DNA of 64,000 nt, from positions 108,455 through 172,454 of the forward strand of contig JAHBYP010000008.1 in assembly GCA_019635875.1 (NCBI GenBank), given 5' to 3'. The notes beneath the pieces were generated by a model. That model saw only the letters and a list, made by a program, of their open reading frames with translations. It was not told where the DNA came from and did no database searches. Numbering within the stretch: the first letter of the stretch is position 1; each line of letters begins with the position of its first letter. This document shows, piece by piece, positions 61,166 to 64,000 of the stretch. A program made the translations under genes and the position numbers. The stretch is from Alphaproteobacteria bacterium (lineage in GTDB: Bacteria > Pseudomonadota > Alphaproteobacteria > Reyranellales > Reyranellaceae).

Positions 61166-62668
61166 TCAATTCGGAAAGGGCGAGGCGACGTCGTCGAGCG
61201 GCCATACCGGCCGGCGCAGCCTGGTATACTTGAACCGCCGCACATCGGGCGAGCACAGCGCACCGGAGTCCACCACCATGATCTCGCCGGCGATGGGCGC
61301 GAAGGCTGCGCGGAAGTGCTGCACGCTCTTGACCACCAGAACGCGGCAGCGCGCCGGATCGATGCCCTGGCTCAGGAATACCTGGCGGTCGATGGTCTGC
61401 ACGCGGTTGGAGATGGCGATCACGTCGATGCCGCCGATGCGCAGCACGGCCGTCGGCCCCATCGAGGTGAAGACACCCTGCTGCATCGGCCCGTCATTGA
61501 CGAACGCGCCGTTCGACAGCAGGCGCACGGTCGCCGTCACCCGGATCGGCGCACCGAAATCCGCATCGTGGTGGCCCCCGAGATCGACAGTGACGCTGTT
61601 GCCGACGCCGGCCGCCATCGCCGCCTGCACGGCCGCCGGGTCGAAGATCGTGCCCACCGCCGCGCCCTGCGCATCGGCGTCGATCAGCGCCTTCAGCACC
61701 CGTGTGGCGTCGCCATAGGCGCCCCCGCCAGGGTTGTCGGTGCCGTCGGCGATCACCAGGGGTCCCGGGGCGTCGCCGCGCGACTTCAGCCGCGCCATGG
61801 CCTCCTCCATGCTGGCCATGCCGACGGTCTTCTCCGCCTTGCGATCCCAGATCTCCTGGCAGAGCTGGCGGGCGATATCGCGAGCGCGGCCCTCGTGACC
61901 CGGCTCGTAGCTCACCGCGATCGACGGGCCGACATTGGGGATGTCGGAAGGCCCGAAGCCGGCCTGCACGCTGACCACGTTGATGCCCGGCTCCGTCTCG
62001 AAGGCGTCGGCCCTGGCCAGCAGATCGAGCATCGGGCCGGGTTGCGTGGTTCGCCCGCCATCGGCGCCGGAGATCGTCGCCGGCTGCAACGCCAGGCAGC
62101 GCGGTCGCTTGCGGCCCTCCATCGCCGCCTGCACCAGTGCCGCACCCTGCTGCGCGCGCTCGTACTGATCGACATGCGGATAGGTGCGGTAGCTGATCAG
62201 CGCGCTGCTGAGCGCCGCCATGCGCTCAGTGACGTTGGCGTGCAGGTCGAGCGTCATGCTGATCGGCACGTCGGGGCCGACGATGGCGCGCAGCCCCTCG
62301 AGCAGCTCGCCCTCGGGATCGTCGGAGGTCTCGGCGACCGCCGCGCCGTGGCAGGCGAGGCAGATGCCGTCGATCCTGCCGGCCTGGCGCGCGCCCTCGA
62401 CGATTCCGTCGCGAATATGTGCCCAGGTCTCGGCCGTCACCTTGCCCGAAGGCGTGGCGTTGGCGGCGATGGACGGCACCAGGTCCCAGCCATACTGCGC
62501 CGCCCAGTCGAGCAGCCCGCCGATCTCGGTCCTGGTGCCCCTGAATCTCTCGGCCAGTTCCGACCCTGGCACCAGCCAGCGTCGGCGGTAGTCGTCCAGC
62601 GTGGTCGGCAGCTTCGAGAATGTGTTGGTCTCGTGCATGAACTGCGCGATCAGAACGCGATACGCCAT
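61166..62668 (-). CDS. M81 family metallopeptidase (MlrC-like)
   Basis: The N-terminus is YRVLIAQFMHETNTFS (DUF1485-type), with a C-terminal MlrC domain. The start is re-set to the ATG at 62668. Confidence 0.8.
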   Translation of the reverse strand: MAYRVLIAQFMHETNTFSKLPTTLDDYRRRWLVPGSELAERFRGTRTEIGGLLDWAAQYGWDLVPSIAANATPSGKVTAETWAHIRDGIVEGARQAGRIDGICLACHGAAVAETSDDPEGELLEGLRAIVGPDVPISMTLDLHANVTERMAALSSALISYRTYPHVDQYERAQQGAALVQAAMEGRKRPRCLALQPATISGADGGRTTQPGPMLDLLARADAFETEPGINVVSVQAGFGPSDIPNVGPSIAVSYEPGHEGRARDIARQLCQEIWDRKAEKTVGMASMEEAMARLKSRGDAPGPLVIADGTDNPGGGAYGDATRVLKALIDADAQGAAVGTIFDPAAVQAAMAAGVGNSVTVDLGGHHDADFGAPIRVTATVRLLSNGAFVNDGPMQQGVFTSMGPTAVLRIGGIDVIAISNRVQTIDRQVFLSQGIDPARCRVLVVKSVQHFRAAFAPIAGEIMVVDSGALCSPDVRRFKYTRLRRPVWPLDDVASPFPN

Positions 62669-62734
62669 GACATCACTCCGCCGGCTTTCGAGCGGGCGGA
62701 GCATCGCCCGCGCCGGCGCGCAGGGTCAACGCGG

Positions 62735-63388
62735 CTATCGCTTCAGGAAGGGATTGAGCAGGCGGCCGAAGAGGCCGGTCAGCACCACCGGTGCCTCGGC
62801 GACCACCAGGCAGATGCAGGGCTGATCGGCGTCGGCCACCGGCCTGTGCTCGACCGATGGGTCGGCAACGCAGATGTCGCCGCGGTCGAAGCGGTCGCGG
62901 CCATCGGCGAAACCGCCGGCCAGCACCAGCGTGTACTCGCTGCCGGCGTGGCGATGCACCGGCAGGCCGCGGCCGGCGCCGATGCGCATCAGGGTGGCGC
63001 GGTAGCTCTTGTCGCCGAGCGGCAGCTCGATCTCCTCGATGCCGCCCAGCGCCGGCCGCCAACGCGCGTCATCGGGCAGATAGCGCCTCAGGGCAGACGG
63101 GATCGCCGCGCCGACGACCCGCCGGGCGGCGTCCTGCGGCTTGGCCGCGGGCGCCGGCGTCGGAGCCTGCTCGATACGCGCCAGGGTGCGGGCCAGCGCG
63201 TCCTCGTCGAGCGCCTCGGCCGGCATCGATGCGAGCATCTCGCCGGCCGCCGCCTCGAGCACGGCGACATCGGCGCGCGCCTGCCCGCTATAGGCGAGAT
63301 GCGTCGCGACCAGCAGCGCCGGGCCTTCGGCCAGGCTGCCGCTGGCGTAGTCGAGCAGCAGCTCGGTGGGTGCGGGATGGCGGATCAT
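62735..63388 (-). CDS. chrR: ChrR-family anti-sigma factor (N-terminal anti-sigma domain plus C-terminal cupin)
   Basis: The N-terminus is HPAPTELLLDYASGSLAEGPALLVATHLAY. The cupin metal site is VHRHAGSEYTLVLAGGF...VEHRP. It is translationally coupled to the sigma gene (ATGA at 63385-63388). Confidence 0.8.
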   Translation of the reverse strand: MIRHPAPTELLLDYASGSLAEGPALLVATHLAYSGQARADVAVLEAAAGEMLASMPAEALDEDALARTLARIEQAPTPAPAAKPQDAARRVVGAAIPSALRRYLPDDARWRPALGGIEEIELPLGDKSYRATLMRIGAGRGLPVHRHAGSEYTLVLAGGFADGRDRFDRGDICVADPSVEHRPVADADQPCICLVVAEAPVVLTGLFGRLLNPFLKR

Positions 63389-63984
63389 GGCACGTCGCCC
63401 TGCAGCGCTTCGCGCAGGCGCGACAGCGCCAGGCGGATCCGCGACTTCACGGTGCCCAGCGGCAGCTTCATCTCGCGGGCGATGACGGAATGCGACTTGT
63501 CCTGGAAGAAGGCCATGCGCAGCACGTCGATCTGATCCGGTGCGAGATGCTGCATCACCGCGGCGATGCGCTCGCGCACCTGGCGGCCGATCGCGGCGCT
63601 GTCGGCGCTCTCCGGCGCCTCGGTGGAGAACAGCACGTAATCGTCCGGATCGAAGCCGGCATGGGTGGCGCGACGCAGCAGGTCGATGCGCTTGTTGCGC
63701 GCGATGGTGAAGATCCAGGTGGCGGCCCCGGCGCGGGACCGGTCGAAGGTCTCGGCCCGGCGCCAGACCAGCACCATGGTCTCCTGTGCGACTTCCTGGG
63801 CGGTGTCCGGGTCGGCGCCGGACCGCATGACGAACGCCTTCACCCGCGGCGCGAAGCGGCGGAACAGCTCGGCGAAAGCAGCGCGATCCCGGTGCCGGGC
63901 CACGGCCTCGATGAGGTCGGCTGAGTCATCGGCGCCCGGCGCCGGGGCGGAGACGGCGAGCCGCTCGCTCACGGTCGCCGCCAC
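63385..63984 (-). CDS. rpoE: ECF-type RNA polymerase sigma factor (RpoE-like)
   Basis: Region 2 reads FAELFRRFAPRVKAF....DPDTAQEVAQETMVLVWRRAETFD. Region 4 reads SHSVIAREMKLPLGTVKSRIRLALSRLR. The start is GTG. Confidence 0.88.
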   Translation of the reverse strand: MAATVSERLAVSAPAPGADDSADLIEAVARHRDRAAFAELFRRFAPRVKAFVMRSGADPDTAQEVAQETMVLVWRRAETFDRSRAGAATWIFTIARNKRIDLLRRATHAGFDPDDYVLFSTEAPESADSAAIGRQVRERIAAVMQHLAPDQIDVLRMAFFQDKSHSVIAREMKLPLGTVKSRIRLALSRLREALQGDVP

Positions 63985-64000
63985 GGGGCCCCGGCGCGCG

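Overview
High-GC chromosomal segment with strong GC3 codon bias, most likely alphaproteobacterial. That guess rests on gene content and on intergenic palindromic elements that translate into PLIRPSGTFSP/GEGxxRRMRG-like pseudo-peptides. I call about 57 protein-coding genes and one tRNA-Val(CAC). I saw no transposase, integrase, phage gene or CRISPR array, so this is mostly core genome. All functional calls come from motif and family recognition by eye; no searches were run. Many long ORFs in the six-frame track are antisense or N-terminally over-extended GC artefacts, and I re-set several starts using RBS position and ATGA start/stop overlaps.

Recognisable core genes:
- Translation: rpsD, cysS, gltX.
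- Repair and redox: msrA, msrB, gor.
- Biosynthesis: nadE, class II DAHP synthase, glmS, glmU, a citramalate/isopropylmalate synthase.
- Transport: an EmrAB-type efflux pair and a LIV-type ABC transporter with three tandem binding-protein paralogs.
- Regulation: an ECF sigma factor with a ChrR anti-sigma factor.

Most interesting:
1. 2.0-4.4 kb: a PqqD/RRE-like domain fused to an HprK-type P-loop kinase, next to an NTP_transf_5-like nucleotidyltransferase. It looks like a peptide-tailoring pair but has no core RiPP enzyme and no annotated substrate. A small Tat-signal Gly/Asn/Ser-rich ORF abuts it tail-to-tail.
2. 4.4-10.3 kb: an operon of a polytopic spermidine-synthase-like membrane protein, two tandem Tat-signal PIMT (isoaspartyl methyltransferase) paralogs and a secreted 5'-nucleotidase. 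This suggests extracytoplasmic SAM-type chemistry. msrA and msrB elsewhere in the window also carry export signals.
3. 11.2-14.5 kb: a three-gene signalling module. It has a secreted caspase-fold protein lacking both catalytic residues and fused to a peptidoglycan-binding domain, a CxxCH heme (DUF3365-like) plus HAMP transducer with no output domain, and a soluble Hanks-type kinase.
4. An orphan membrane-anchored P-loop ATPase, a stand-alone DarT/ART-like protein, and several families of nested palindromic or iteron-like intergenic repeats.
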